A stretch of DNA of 48,031 nucleotides, the filler included, from Sphacelaria rigidula (lineage: Eukaryota), in NCBI GenBank assembly GCA_964200075.2. It is 2 parts of 2 records of this genome, joined end to end, with 100 filler letters (N's around TTAATTAATTAA, not from the genome) between each part and the next. Parts side by side here need not be neighbours in the genome. Positions count along the whole stretch, not along the records: positions 24,077 to 48,031 come from CAXNAA020000236.1; 1 more part is not named here. One strand, given 5' to 3'. The notes beneath the pieces are model-generated. The model ran no database searches and had not been told where the DNA came from. It was given only the letters and a program-made list of their open reading frames with translations. The translations under genes were made by a program, and so were the position numbers. Positions 36,401 to 48,031 of this stretch are shown piece by piece (the stretch's first letter is position 1; the number at the start of each line of letters is the position of its first letter).

Positions 36401-39400
36401 AATAAGTAGTAGAAAGTAAACGACGCCGGGTCAATTCATGTCGATGCGTTTGCATTTTCGGTAACGTCAACATTGATCCAGCGGGGACGCCTTCCTCAAT
36501 CTCAGTCAATACCTAGTTACGGGAGGTGCAGCCATAAACGTTCTGCCTCGTGAGGAACGTAAAACGTGTGCGGGAAAGTCGAATTTTCTACGCATCGTTC
36601 TCAACGAGCGCAGTCAGTGACAGGTCGAGCGTTTCGACAATTGTCTATACCCGCGGCCATCTCCATATTGCCCCCCATTCACGGACATGTATGCTAGGTT
36701 TCCGGCGCGACTATAGCGTTCATGGAAAAAGTCACCCGTCTCTATTCTGAAACACATCCTTATCGTAACCTGCCTCAATATCGCCCGTTCGCCATGGTGC
36801 ACATTCTTTTATGATCGTCACTCTTTAAGCTCCTCCCCTTCCTCGTGACGTGTCCATGACTACAAGGGATCAACCCGTCTCTCCCCGGTACACGGCTTGC
36901 ATTCTGGTCTCGTGGATTGGGTCAGCACTTTCGCATCGCTTCAACTTTTGTCGGACGAACTCAGTCAACTACTTTTTGTCTACTCCCGTCGTCACACTGG
37001 ATAGCATTAATTTGCGGTGACCTCGTGGTTGCGTTCAAGACTGTCCTTCTGGGGTATTCATACACGAAAAACGTCACGTGCAAGATGCCGCACGAGCGTA
37101 CATGGATCCAAATAGTCTCATACATACTCAAACGGCTCATACATTGGCGGTCGATAGTTAAGGGACACGTGCGTGCGTTTAGGTCGACCGCTGCGTTGGT
37201 TTTGTTCACGTCGATCTCGGCCAAGCTATTCAACTAGTAGGTCTTTGCGCCAACGTTCAGATCAAACACCAAGTGTGATGAACGTAAACACGTGTACACG
37301 CCTGATGCAGCATATCTGCATACCTAGGCGGTCTCAACGTTGCTTTTGAACTGTAGCGTTACCGTTAACCCTTCAGGTGCGGGAGTTCCAAGGGGGTTTT
37401 AGGCCTCGGAGCTCAGAGCGGTTGGACAATTGTACCAAGGCTTCGGCCATTAATGCGCGTAGTATTGGCTTGCCGAGCATGTGGGAAGCACGAACGTTCC
37501 GAGCGCGACAGACCGCCGAACTTTAGTTTTGCGTCGAATGGATCGATAACACGGGCTCACGCTGAAAGTACGTACAATAATAAGATGTCCCATGAAGGAC
37601 ATTTTCACCGCTATTGGTTACGGAGCAGTTGAAAAGTTGAGTTATACTCAAGCACTTAATAGCACATATGTGCTAAGGCTTGTCATTATACCTGGGTGGC
37701 GTCAACGGCGCTGCTGAGCTCGAGCCGCATCGCCTGCGCTTCTTGAGAGAGTTCTTTTATGGCCGCCGACTGGCTCGCCTGTTTTTCTGCCACCTCCTTC
37801 GCAAGTGACTCGATGACGGGTTTGCTCTCCTCTAGTTTACATGTCAACCTGTACCGTGCAGATGGCGGTAGAGCATAAGGAAAAAAATACCTACTGAAGC
37901 AACCCGGTGCCGCTGTTGTACGCGCTCCCGGTGTAGAGTGGCAAGCAGATGTTTCCCTTATGAGTGCAACCGTTTGAACAACCAAGCCAATTACACACAA
38001 ATGGGACTGCTACCCAAGTGCGAAGCACATGAGTTTTGGAGCTCCAGTCGCATTGTTGAATACAACCACGCACTGCGATAGCTAGCAAAGTTACTCGGTG
38101 TTGACATCATTACCGTTCCACTTCTAAGGATGCCTCTTGAAGGTCATGTTCCAGTCTCGCTATTGTCCCCTGTCCTTCGGCCATCCTGTCTCTATGCACC
38201 TGTCGCTCCACCTCGAGGGTCTGTTCGTGAGCGGCTTTCGCTTCGTCGATATTCTAGGAGTTAAACAGTAACGGAAACAGGAAAGGGGTATCAACTGTGA
38301 GGCGACAGCGAGTAAACCTTCCGACAACGATACTCTCTCGTTGGTTGTATCGGCGAAGCGAACATATAGTCAGACAGCCATGTGAGGTCTCAGCCATTGA
38401 ACTGCATCTCCAGGGATGTTGGGGACTGGTACGCGTTGAAACAGGTTTTGCGTTTATGTTCCTTACTATTTCAACAGGAAACACACCAGGCACGTACCAC
38501 ACTTTATCTACTCGGGTCTATGGAGGGAAATCGCGACCATATCTGCGTCTTTTGTGCTGAAATGTCCCGTTCCTGGACAAAATTGGCCTTTTTCTTTCCG
38601 AGACTTGATTGCAGCGAGTAGTGCTTTCCGCAGGTTTGACTTTTTCTTCTCGCATGGTCCTACTCCTCCATTTGTAAAGCTGAATGCCTCGAGAAAAAAA
38701 GGATTTGCCTAGCTGGACACTGTCTCATGTAAACAGGTGTGCTCTACACGGAGACGGGAATCACTCCGTTACGATCTGGATGCAGCACGAGTCAGAGGCG
38801 CCTACCTTCTGCGTTTGTTCCTGGATTTTCTTGATTTCCTCAGCCGAAATCGCCGGGGCGGATGGAACCAACTGAAAAAACCCGTACAAGGACAAGAGAA
38901 TATATGCGCTGTGATCACTGCGACGGAATCATGACCCCACACAGCTTGCGGAGGACGAAACGCGCTACGGTAGACAAAACGTCAAGCTACAGACGTTTGC
39001 GCCGATCGAGATCACGTAATTATTTTTTATCATTATTTCCGCACATTGGTAAGCGCGAGATAATTGCTACACACGAACACCCACCGCTCACGCTCATTCA
39101 TTACACAGGCGAAATTCCCCTTAGATTACATCGTTTTCTCACTTGTTGATTACTAAAGAAATCACCAAAGGTTTGTGAACCACGAAGAGATTACGCAATT
39201 TAGTGCTTGCTCACTTGTGGTACACTCGCAGCAGCAGAACGCCAGACGTTTGAGCACTACCGCGATATTACAGGTCAGCGCCAGCTTACTTTCTGCACGC
39301 TTCCAGCAGACACCAGCGCCGTAGCGCACGGTGAGCCATCCGCGTTCGTCGTTGGGCGAACGCCCGTTCGCCTCCCGGGACCATGACTCGGAGCGGTCGG

Positions 39401-42400
39401 TGGCCTGCCGCCGCTGCCTCCTACCCTAACATCGAGGGTGGCATCCCCGGGTACGGTAAGGGATGGTGTGACTTGTGACGCGTTCGCGGCAGCTAGCGGC
39501 CGTTTTCTGCCTTTGAATCCGCTGGCAGCGTCTTTGCTCTGTTTCAAAAGAAGTCGTACGTAGCCGTGTTGTCCGGGTGAAGTTTGGTTGGGAGGAACCA
39601 AGATTGTCGACTGGCCTGCTCTACTCTGTGGCTTAAGGGAGTAGGAACTGGTAGTGTGGTGTGGTAGAAAGGTATGGTGAAAAGTGTAAGGTTTCGAAAT
39701 CATGAAATATTTGGGCACAATTGTCAGGAGAACTTTGCGTGGTTTTGTCCCAAGCGGCGCTGCACACCTTCGGCAAACGTGCATAGGGCTTTCCTGTTTC
39801 TTCGTGACACGGGGGCCCAATATGTCATGCTCTGACACGTCAGACACATGCGTGGCACAAACTCAGTCGGAATCCCATCTTTGGGCATCACCTACTAGCT
39901 GGCTCTCACTCCGTGGAAGGCCATTCGGTTCATTCCAGTGGTGATGATATTGCTGTCTTGAAGTTTCATTTCTCACACACAGCGCTACTAGCAGTAGCGT
40001 TAATCTGAACCAAATTTCACGTTGCAGCCAGCACTGCACTTCATATTCAGCGATGCTAGGGTCACTGATGACGCCTTTCAGATAGCCTGACTGCTGCCAA
40101 GTTGTAAACCCTACCTTCCCACGTGTTTTTTTGTCGGACCTAACCCTGGATAACTGGACGTATCCATTATTTCATGCTCACCAAATCAGCAATCAGAGTA
40201 TCTTCCTTTGCTTCGTACTTCTCTGCCAACTCCGAAAATAGGGCGTCCTCATTTCCCAGTCGTCTCTTCAACATTTCGTCGACCTGTGGAATGTCGACAC
40301 CGGAAACAATCACAATTATTAGATGAAACATGGTCAACAGACTAAATTATCACGCGAGGTCAATTATTCCGTTTTCGGGACCTCATGCCCGAATCAGACT
40401 CTCAGGGAGTACCCAAGCATTTTCTAGTAGTGAGCATTGGAGCATTTCAAGTGAAAAATATTTGTACCATGTACTTTCCTCTGATCTATATGTTGAAAAT
40501 CGGTACGTTTTGAGGCTTACGCTCAAAAGACGTGCCCTTCATCGCCTCTTCCGCGTGCTTTCACGAGGAAAGAGCTAACCTGCATCAGCCGCAGAGGATC
40601 GTGTTGTGCCAAGAAGGCGACGAGGCGAACACGATGGATTTGCTGCTTTAACCATTGTTCCAGCTCAGGCGATGCTCGCACCGCACCTGTTCCGTCCTCG
40701 CTCAGTGCTTTGGCTTGTGTCAGCAGGTCCTTCTCCCACATGCTCTCCCCGGTCTGACGGTGGAATAGTCAAAACCATCATCAAGGCAGAGGAAGTATCG
40801 TCACTGAATTAGTTGTTCCTAGAATAAGAAGAAACGGTGCATCTAGAAGTAGGTAGAGTATACGAGCCTTCGCAGCAAAGAAGGCGAAAACAATTCAAAT
40901 ATGCGTGGTAGGAATGCTGTGAGACTTGTTTTGCCGATAGACTGTAGAGGGACTTCCCTCCTCATCGTGTCATGTGAATTTCGATGCTTGCTCATCCTTG
41001 CTGACGATTTTCGCTAGAAATGATGTGGGGTTCACAGGTGTATTGGCTCGACAACAATACCTAAGACGGGCGTGATAATTCCGAATGTGATAAAAAGCAC
41101 TGCACACTTGGCCATCAAGTTATGAGCTCCACCTTATCGTTCAAGTAGTAGGTCATGCCAGACGCAGGGTCTTGCTGCCTTCCCCAATATCCGTCGCGTG
41201 TCGTTTCGCCATCTTCCCCACCAAAACTGAAAGAGCCACTTTCTACACTGCTCAACCGTTGTAGTAGCGGGCGACTTTCGTTGTGGGCCGTGGTGTCCGT
41301 GGGGTTTGTCGAGGTCTCTCTGTCTAATGACTCAAAACTGTCCTCGCGTTGAAATATGGGCATTTCATCACCGATGCTGGTGACGATCCCGCCCCGGCTT
41401 GCTCCGCCCGTTGAGAACTTCACCGTCGGCTGTCCTGAAAATTTGCGAGGACGACTAGTGTGAATTCCGTCTACATGATCGTGGTGTAGTGTGTATTTCT
41501 GGCACATGGGAGCCTGTCCCGTCAAGGGGGACTGCCTGCAGGTCCGATAACGAGCTCAAGTACTACTACTAATCTTCAAAGTGTGTTGTGTTCTTCATTT
41601 CGTTCATGCACGGGTAGCAACTGACTTCACCTAACACGTTCTCAGAAGTGCAACGTACTGGGAACCGCAAGTACAGTCGCTGCTCAATGTAGCGGGAGAA
41701 CTAAGCTGGCAAGGGATCTGGTTATCAATGCCGTGTGCAGCTTACCAGCAGTCGTAGGGCTTTGCTTGGTAATTTCCTCGAGGTAGGCTATACAATCTGC
41801 AGCTCCAGATTGCTTTGCATAGTCCACCGCGGAGTATTGGTAGGAGTCCCAGGTGCTCGCTTTTGCACCTGCTTCAACTAGGCTCTTGCACAACTCGAGA
41901 TTACCTGCCCCCGCTGCGTAATGCAACGGTGTGCAACTGTGCAGTTGTTGGGCAGTTGGGGAAGATAAACATCCCGAGTGTGCGATGTAATAACAACGCC
42001 GGATAGGCGGGGCTTCAGCTGATACGGCAATACCGCAGGATGCGGCACATTTCAATGAGCAGTGCTTGTTTCTAATACCGTTGGTGTCATTCGATAGAGC
42101 AGTATCGAGGCGTCACATCGAGCACGACTGTGACCGATCCACCGGATGTTTGTAAGCCGCTGTGTCTAGTTTGCCGCGCACAGTGATCGAGTGCCTTTTG
42201 ACGTTAAGTCAACATAGGCGCCTGAAATTCGAGGAACCGTGTATGAATGGTCACTGCAACTTACTCCTCGGTCGCTGCTGAGAAGCATTCCAAAAGATAG
42301 GTCCGCGCGCGCCGGGTTCATGAGGATATGTTTCCCTCTTGCCAGTGTTTGTGACTCCGCATGCCTAAACACAAACTCACCCGTAGGTCTTTTCAACAAC

Positions 42401-43960
42401 CTCAGGCTGAGCCCCACGCTCAAGCAGCAATATAGTAGTTTCCACGCAGATGCTGTCGTTGTAGCACGTGAAGTGCAAAGCGCACGCGCCTGACGAATTG
42501 ACGGCGTTGACATCAATGGCCCCGCCCCCCCTTGCGAGTATGATCGGCACCAGTCCTTTACATCGGTACTGACAGGCTAGGATCAACAACGTATTTTCGT
42601 ACTCGTCTCGGTCGCCGGCCAACTCCTGCGGGTCAGCTGCGCTGAGAATCGAGCGTACCACGTTGTCGCCGCTCGTGTCACCTGTCCCAAAGTACGGGAT
42701 GAACTCCAGCAACAACTTAAGCTTATCTGCTTGACCAAGAGCGTCGGATGCACCGTCCGCCTGATCGTCATCCTCACTGCCAGCGCTCGCTTCTTTCACA
42801 CCTTTGGATCGGTTGCGGTGGCCACGACGATGACGGTGATGGCGGCGCTTCTCGCTTTTCACGACAAACTTTCCGATACTCGCAGCCGTTTGCAAGGTCT
42901 TGACGGATTCGCGCCTTCGTATACGCTCCTCATCCGAAGCCATCTCTCCCCCCCCCCCGCCGCCGCCCGGTAGCGATCGCTTTCGTGACACATTTTCCCG
43001 GCTTACCTCTAGCACGGTGGACTGGAGAGCGTGACCGTCACTCCCAACGGCTTGCCCACCTCTCGGGTCTCCTTCTACTGCCTCTTCTGTTGCTTGATGT
43101 TTTACGTCCCCAGCACAACCCTCGTCAGCTCCATGCTTCCCGGTAGTCATTCTTCCTGACGTCGGTACTGGGTGTTTCCGTGACGACCCGCTCTCCGAAC
43201 TATCGCATGCTCCCATTTCTCTCTCTCCCAAACCTTCGCCGTCGTCAGCTGAAGGCCCCATATTGCGCAGAGTATCCTCTCGGGCACCCCCCGCAGGGCT
43301 GTCATCAACTTGAAACGTGTTCACCGTAGAATCTTGCTCGTTAGGCGTTCCCGTGGCAATGTCGGCATCCTTGGTAGAAGCTTGCTCTGTTTCGACTGGC
43401 ACCGCATTATGGTGAGGTTTTTCAGCGGGATTACTCGCGATTTGCATTGTATTGTCGCTTTGTAAGGCTGGACGTGAGCGTTTCCGCGACGACCCTCTTC
43501 CCGACTTCTGGCATGCATTCGTGTCCCCCCCAGTTAAACCGTCGCCACCTTGAAGTGAATGCTCTACGGTAGGCAAAGTACCCTTCCAGTTACCCGCAGC
43601 TGTGCTTTCATCGGCTCGAGGAATGATCACCGTAGAATCTTGCTCCTTCCGTATTCCAATACCAGTCTCAGGATCCTCGCTGGAACGTTGCTGCGTCTCG
43701 TCTTGGTACGACTTTCGAGTGGGATTACTCGCGATGAGCGTTGCGTTGCCACTTGCCCTCGTAGCTGATGCTGTGTGATGTACATATCGCCCGTCTTCTC
43801 CGTCGAGATCCGAAAATTGTGTCGATGGGTCCGTGATAGGCCTTGGGTTCGCGCCGGCAGCGCCTGGGGTAATGTTGTCGGTGGCCGTCGGTGGTGCCGA
43901 TACCTGTGCGTGATTCCCTTCGGTGTTGTCGTCTGGGATGACGCTGGCGGCCGTGCCCAT
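30486..43960 (-). CDS. Kinesin-14 (KCBP-like C-terminal motor) with N-terminal ankyrin repeats, a WW domain and a long coiled coil; ~1538 aa, 17 exons
   Basis: Exons (minus strand): 43960-42381, 41936-41746, 41434-41133, 40753-40580, 40283-40182, 39538-39290, 38871-38806, 38253-38114, 37848-37692, 36206-36090, 35398-35240, 34535-34365 (GC donor), 33786-33610, 32987-32871, 32640-32431, 31984-31853, 31058-30486. Phases are consistent and the CDS totals 4617 nt. Motifs: ankyrin (ENTLLILACQY, GACALHFTC, GCTPLHYAAGAGNLE), WW (YWGRQQDPASGMTYYLNDKTGESMWEK), neck LHNKNEDLKGKIRVYVRVRP, P-loop AYGQTGSGKT, switch I NSDSSRSH, switch II LVDLAGSE, HIPYRN. The acceptor of exon 36206-36090 is the least certain junction. 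Confidence 0.92.
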
Positions 43961-44290
43961 ACCGTTCAAATGAGGTGTATATACCGCAGAAATGCTCAGA
44001 TGAGATGTCAACACGCACACGGTGTTAAGGCTTTGCCAGCAGCACAAGCTATCTGTGCACATGTATTCAGTGATGTGGGTTCGCTCACCCACCTTGCTAA
44101 GAGTCATGATCCGGATCTTTGTCGCGAACGTTTCAAATTTAAAATCTGGATCTTTCTTATTTCATGGTTAGTATTCTTCCCGCACTTTTGATATCGGTAG
44201 GTCCGCCCATTTCGGTGAATGTCTATCCGAGCACACAACGAAACAACCTGCTTCATTCAAGAGAGGGTCTACTCTGTATTCGTAGTAGCA

Positions 44291-44518
44291 ATGAGATTAG
44301 TGTTGCGAAGTATGGCTATATTTTGTTGCTGCACGGCCATCCTATGGCAGCAATGTCAAGGTCATCGTGAAGACGAAGAATGCAAGGCATGCCGCGCAAT
44401 TGAACCACGAGATTTAGTGGCTCTCGAAGAGGCGGGAAAAAGCGTGGTTTGCGATATGGAGCTGTGTGTACATGGTCATGAGGGCGAAGAGGGGTTGCAC
44501 TGCAACGCACTGGGATTG
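44291..44518 (+). CDS. Putative first exon of a secreted Cys-rich protein (downstream exons not identified)
   Basis: MRLVLRSMAIFCCCTAILWQQCQG-HREDEECKACRAIEPRDL...CDMELCVH...LHCNALGL is followed by a strong TTG|GTGAGT donor. The start is signal-peptide-like, there is a CxxC motif, and the ATG is divergent from the kinesin ATG 330 bp away. Confidence 0.5.
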
Positions 44519-45935
44519 GTGAGTGGCGGGGTCACTTGACTGATCTGGACAGGAGTACGGCGAGGTAGAGATGTGTTGTAGTGGAGTTCATGGCTGCGCT
44601 GTTGTCCTGCCAACTGCACTTGTGTCTTTTGTGTGTAAGTTTTTATTGTGACAAGTGCAACTTGCCCCGACGTCCGTACTCCATCTGGTGTACATATTTA
44701 CTGTAGATGTTCTGCGACAGTACCGTACAGTATAGGACAGTACAGTATTACAGTAACTGCACACTGTTATTCGGTCCCTGTCAGCTTCCAGGGGTATACA
44801 TTTCCTTGCTGTATATCTGTACTGCTGTTATTCTGTCCTGGACGGCACGTGCTGTGTGCCTTGTGATGTACGAACGCATCGTACCGCCCTACCTTGTATA
44901 CGGTACCAAGTGATACTTCACGAAGAGTACAGCACGAAAACCCAGTTCAACTGTTTTACGTTGGTGGAACTTGACGGTACCGTTGGGTGACCTGTCGATC
45001 CACACATGCGGGGTTACTCAGTTTATTCAGAGCATTGCGACCAATCCTCACACGACCACCTCTCGAACAACGGATTTTGCGGACCGTCAAAACCTTCAGG
45101 TCCGTGCCCTCAATAAAGAGTAATGGAACGTTGACAGATACCCGAATGATCTATCCTGGAAAGTCAATTCGGTGGCCATTCCGTATAGTGTGTGCAGTAC
45201 GAGTTGGTCTAATCAGAATGAGATAGGCTGATAGTTCTACAAAAAAAACGATCACGTTTCCTATTCTCATGATACGTGTTGCTGTTTTCGGTACGAAAGT
45301 TGTGTGTTTGGAAGTGGCTTGTCCGCGTCTGAGGGGCTACTGTACTGCTCTATATCAGATTCAAATTGCACGTTCATTTCCGCTGTGCGTTTCACAGCAC
45401 GGGGCTCCCCGGCGGTACCCTCTGTAACCTCCTTTCATTGACCATCGGCTGCTTGCCATTTAGAGTTGACGATCTTACACACGTGCATCGCCTACGATTT
45501 ATTACATTAATTAAGTCCCCCGACGAGGCGGCATAGCGGCACATGTCCACTGCACGTGAGGATGTTCAATGGGCCGTGCTTGTCTATGTTCGACCGGGTC
45601 TGAACCCTAGCTTCAGAAGTTGTGACTGCCAAGATGAGTCATCTGCACGACCCACCCCGGCGGTCAAAGGGTTAATACTCTGAGCGCCCGAAGGTGGAAA
45701 CCGAAATGACACATCGATTTCTCAGTTAAATTGATGCAGATTAAATAAGCGATGGAAACCCCTAGACGGTCAAAGAGTTCATGATCTAAATTTCAAATTT
45801 TGTGAAAAAACGGTTTTTGACTGACCAGGATGAAACCGTGAAATTGTGCTGGCTGATCCATGACTGGTGGCCCCGGAATCAAACGGTCAGAATGGTGGCA
45901 AGCAGTAGTTCGCACATATATATTTTTGGTGCTTA

Positions 45936-46100
45936 GGGCCTGGCTCCATAGTACCAACCATTGTTTACGTACAAATCCTCAGGTTGCTTCCTTCGCACAT
46001 CAGTTTTCGATCAAAATTGTGCGGTGGAAAGCAAAAATCCCGATCTGATAGGCTGTGATTTCAACCATCTTCAAAAAATCTAAGATGGTAAGATAGGGCC
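45936..46100. mobile_element. Short relative of the Tourist-like MITE at 6302-6682
   Basis: TTA-GGGCCTGGCT left end and AGATAGGGCC right end; 46000-46090 aligns to 6320-6410. Confidence 0.55.
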
Positions 46101-46733
46101 TTCCTTAGTCTTCATTGATCGTGTTTTAAATCGATATCCGCGTATATATGCGAGTTCGACCGTTACTTCCGATATTTTCAAGGGCTGTGAACTGGCGGCG
46201 ATGTTTTCCCAGTTAACAATCGGAGATGCACTGGGGAAACATCGACGGCGAGCGGCGAAGCCGCGAGCCGCAATGCCCCCGCGGCTGGTGAGGGGGTCCC
46301 GCCGCCGGAGGTCATAAAAAATGCGGTAGTTTGCTTGTTTTCCTCCAAAATCTTCCCCGTCGTGTCTGGTACTCTGTTAAGAACAACTTGCATCATCACT
46401 AGTGTGGGTAGATTGTGTGCTTTCTGTGGATGCCAGTCGCGAGTTCAGATTCAGTAGTGTCCGACCTGTATAGCAGAGGCTACAGACCGCAAATGACTCA
46501 AACGTTGGATAATACCCATGTTTTCCCGCTGAGATCCTTCAGGGAGTGAATACATTTGTTTACCCGCGTGTTCGGAAGCATCGCTATTTGTGTGTGAATG
46601 CCTGTGTAACCAGCGAAGACGGTAGATGACACCCCCATCGCGCCTGGAGAGAGGATATAGCGACTTCATCCCTGGGAGAGGAGGAACAGGGGGTGGGGAT
46701 AAATGACTTCATATTCCGCACATTATATAGATA

Positions 46734-47511
46734 CTTCCTCTGTGCCATAAGTAAAGGTACCTAAATTTGTACGCGCCCCTAACGATGTCCGATGAGTGAT
46801 GCTACGGTAGGGTTGCACTTTTCAAGCGGAAATGTTTGTCGGGGTGGTGCATGGATCATTTTGAGAATCGGCATAATTTTCACTTGGAAAAGACTGAAAA
46901 TGATGCCGATTCACGAAAAGGCCCCTGTGTGCATCTCCATGCCCTGTCCCCGAAGATTTGGGTTGCACAGTAAGCCCCATATATTTGGGCTCCTACAAAA
47001 ACGAGATTCAGAAACAAAAAGTGCAACCCCTATCGTAGCATTGTTCCGATCGTTTTTTGTTTTTGATGAACTCTACGGTGTTTTTTGGGTTAGGAAAATG
47101 TGTTTAAAAGTTGCAGCTCGTGCTTGAACCATGCCGCCGAACGGCTGCAAAAAAGTAGTCGGCCCCAAAATTGCCGTCTTTTGCCCCTTTCCGAGGGGGA
47201 AAAAAGTGTCGTTTTTTTTTTTATCTCCCCCGCCTTCACTGGGGCTTGCTGCCAGAAAGTCCCACGCGATTAAAAAAATTGAAAAAAAATGACACCTTTT
47301 TTCCCCTTGGAAAGGAGCAAAACACGGCCATTTTTTGGGCCAACTACTTTTTTTGCAGCCGTTCGGCGGCACGGTTTAAGCACGAGCTGCAAATTTCAAA
47401 CACATTTTCTTGACCCAAAAAACACCGTAGAGTTCATTAAAAAGAAAGACGATCGGACATCGTTAAGGGCCCGTACAAATTTAGTTACCTTTACTTATGG
47501 GACAGAGGAAG
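46734..47511. mobile_element. Stowaway/mariner-like foldback MITE with TA target-site duplication
   Basis: TA-CTTCCTCTGTGCCATAAGTAAAGGTACCTAAATTTGTACG ... CGTACAAATTTAGTTACCTTTACTTATGGGACAGAGGAAG-TA. The arms continue as a long inverted repeat (47047-47220 vs 47280-47460). Confidence 0.88.
46794..47046. mobile_element. 253-bp MITE nested in the left arm of the Stowaway-like element, with a 4-bp TSD (CGAT)
   Basis: Left TIR GAGTGATGCTACGGTAGGGTTGCACTTTT versus reverse complement of the right end GAACAATGCTACGATAGGGGTTGCACTTTT. CGAT occurs at 46790-46793 and 47047-47050. Removing the insert restores the host arm symmetry. Confidence 0.82.
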
Positions 47512-48031
47512 TATGTTCTTGTGCTGAGGTGCATCATCATTCATATGTAACAGACCGAAGCGGCAGAGACCATCTGAGTGACAATTATTTTGTGGATGCG
47601 TGTACACAAAATCTGCGGATGGGTATTTTTTTTTGTATTTTATTACTACCTACCATATTTCAAGTATCCCGAAAAACTTTCATGTCATCCAAAAATTTGC
47701 CATTCGCACGGTATAGACCGAAACGGTGGATACCACCCGTGGATTCACGGTAGAAAGCACCCTGCCGGGCACGACTATTTATTGTCCCCTGCGCTACTAT
47801 GCACCGCCCTCCCAAATCCGACTTCACCAATAATATTATTGTTCATGTTGTCTATATACTTTTATGCGGCACGTGCCAAATTATGGACTCTTGCTTGAGG
47901 CATCTCAAACGCGGCTCCCGGTGTTCTGGTTTGTTTTGTTCTATTTTTTTCAAGTAAAAACAGCCGATCATCTATGTTGAGGATGGTGCTTTTCATTGAG
48001 GATGAGAACCCGGAGGAATAAAATCTTCGTA

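Noticed and set aside
37365..37640. TTAACCCTT start suggesting a piggyBac-like MITE (similar AAGGGTTAA ends near 28600 and 45672)
   Set aside because: The partner termini are too degenerate to define boundaries.
45585..45665. Minus-strand tRNA-like stretch with a GGGTTCAGACCC B-box-like motif
   Set aside because: I could not fold a cloverleaf; at best it is a decayed SINE head.
46180..46330. GC-rich stretch that could be exon 2 of the 44291 gene
   Set aside because: Candidate splice sites give no recognisable product, and I could not choose a frame without transcript data.

Overview
Intron-rich, repeat-rich eukaryotic DNA. It is most likely a brown alga (Phaeophyceae), inferred from gene architecture and from repeat families I recall from brown-algal genomes. 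An artificial 100-bp spacer (N44-TTAATTAATTAA-N44, 23977-24076) splits the window, so the two halves may not be truly adjacent. The left half holds a head-to-head gene pair. One is the 5' part of a WDR89-like WD40 gene (- strand). The other is an 8-exon, ~1269-aa gene (+ strand) encoding a signal peptide, a DUF687-like alpha/beta hydrolase with a plausible Ser-Asp-His triad, and a ~950-aa acidic disordered tail studded with Trp-rich motifs and 4 x 59-aa repeats. The right half holds an intronless bacterial-type DUF2905-like small membrane protein gene, a 17-exon ~1538-aa kinesin-14 gene (- strand) with an ankyrin + WW + coiled-coil + C-terminal KCBP-like motor layout and one GC-AG intron, and the first exon of a putative secreted Cys-rich protein. 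Introns and intergenic DNA carry mariner/Stowaway-like, Tourist-like and hAT-like MITEs (one nested), an RTE-like LINE remnant and a minisatellite. Exon structures were spliced by hand with phase checks. Family names come from motif recognition, not from database searches.
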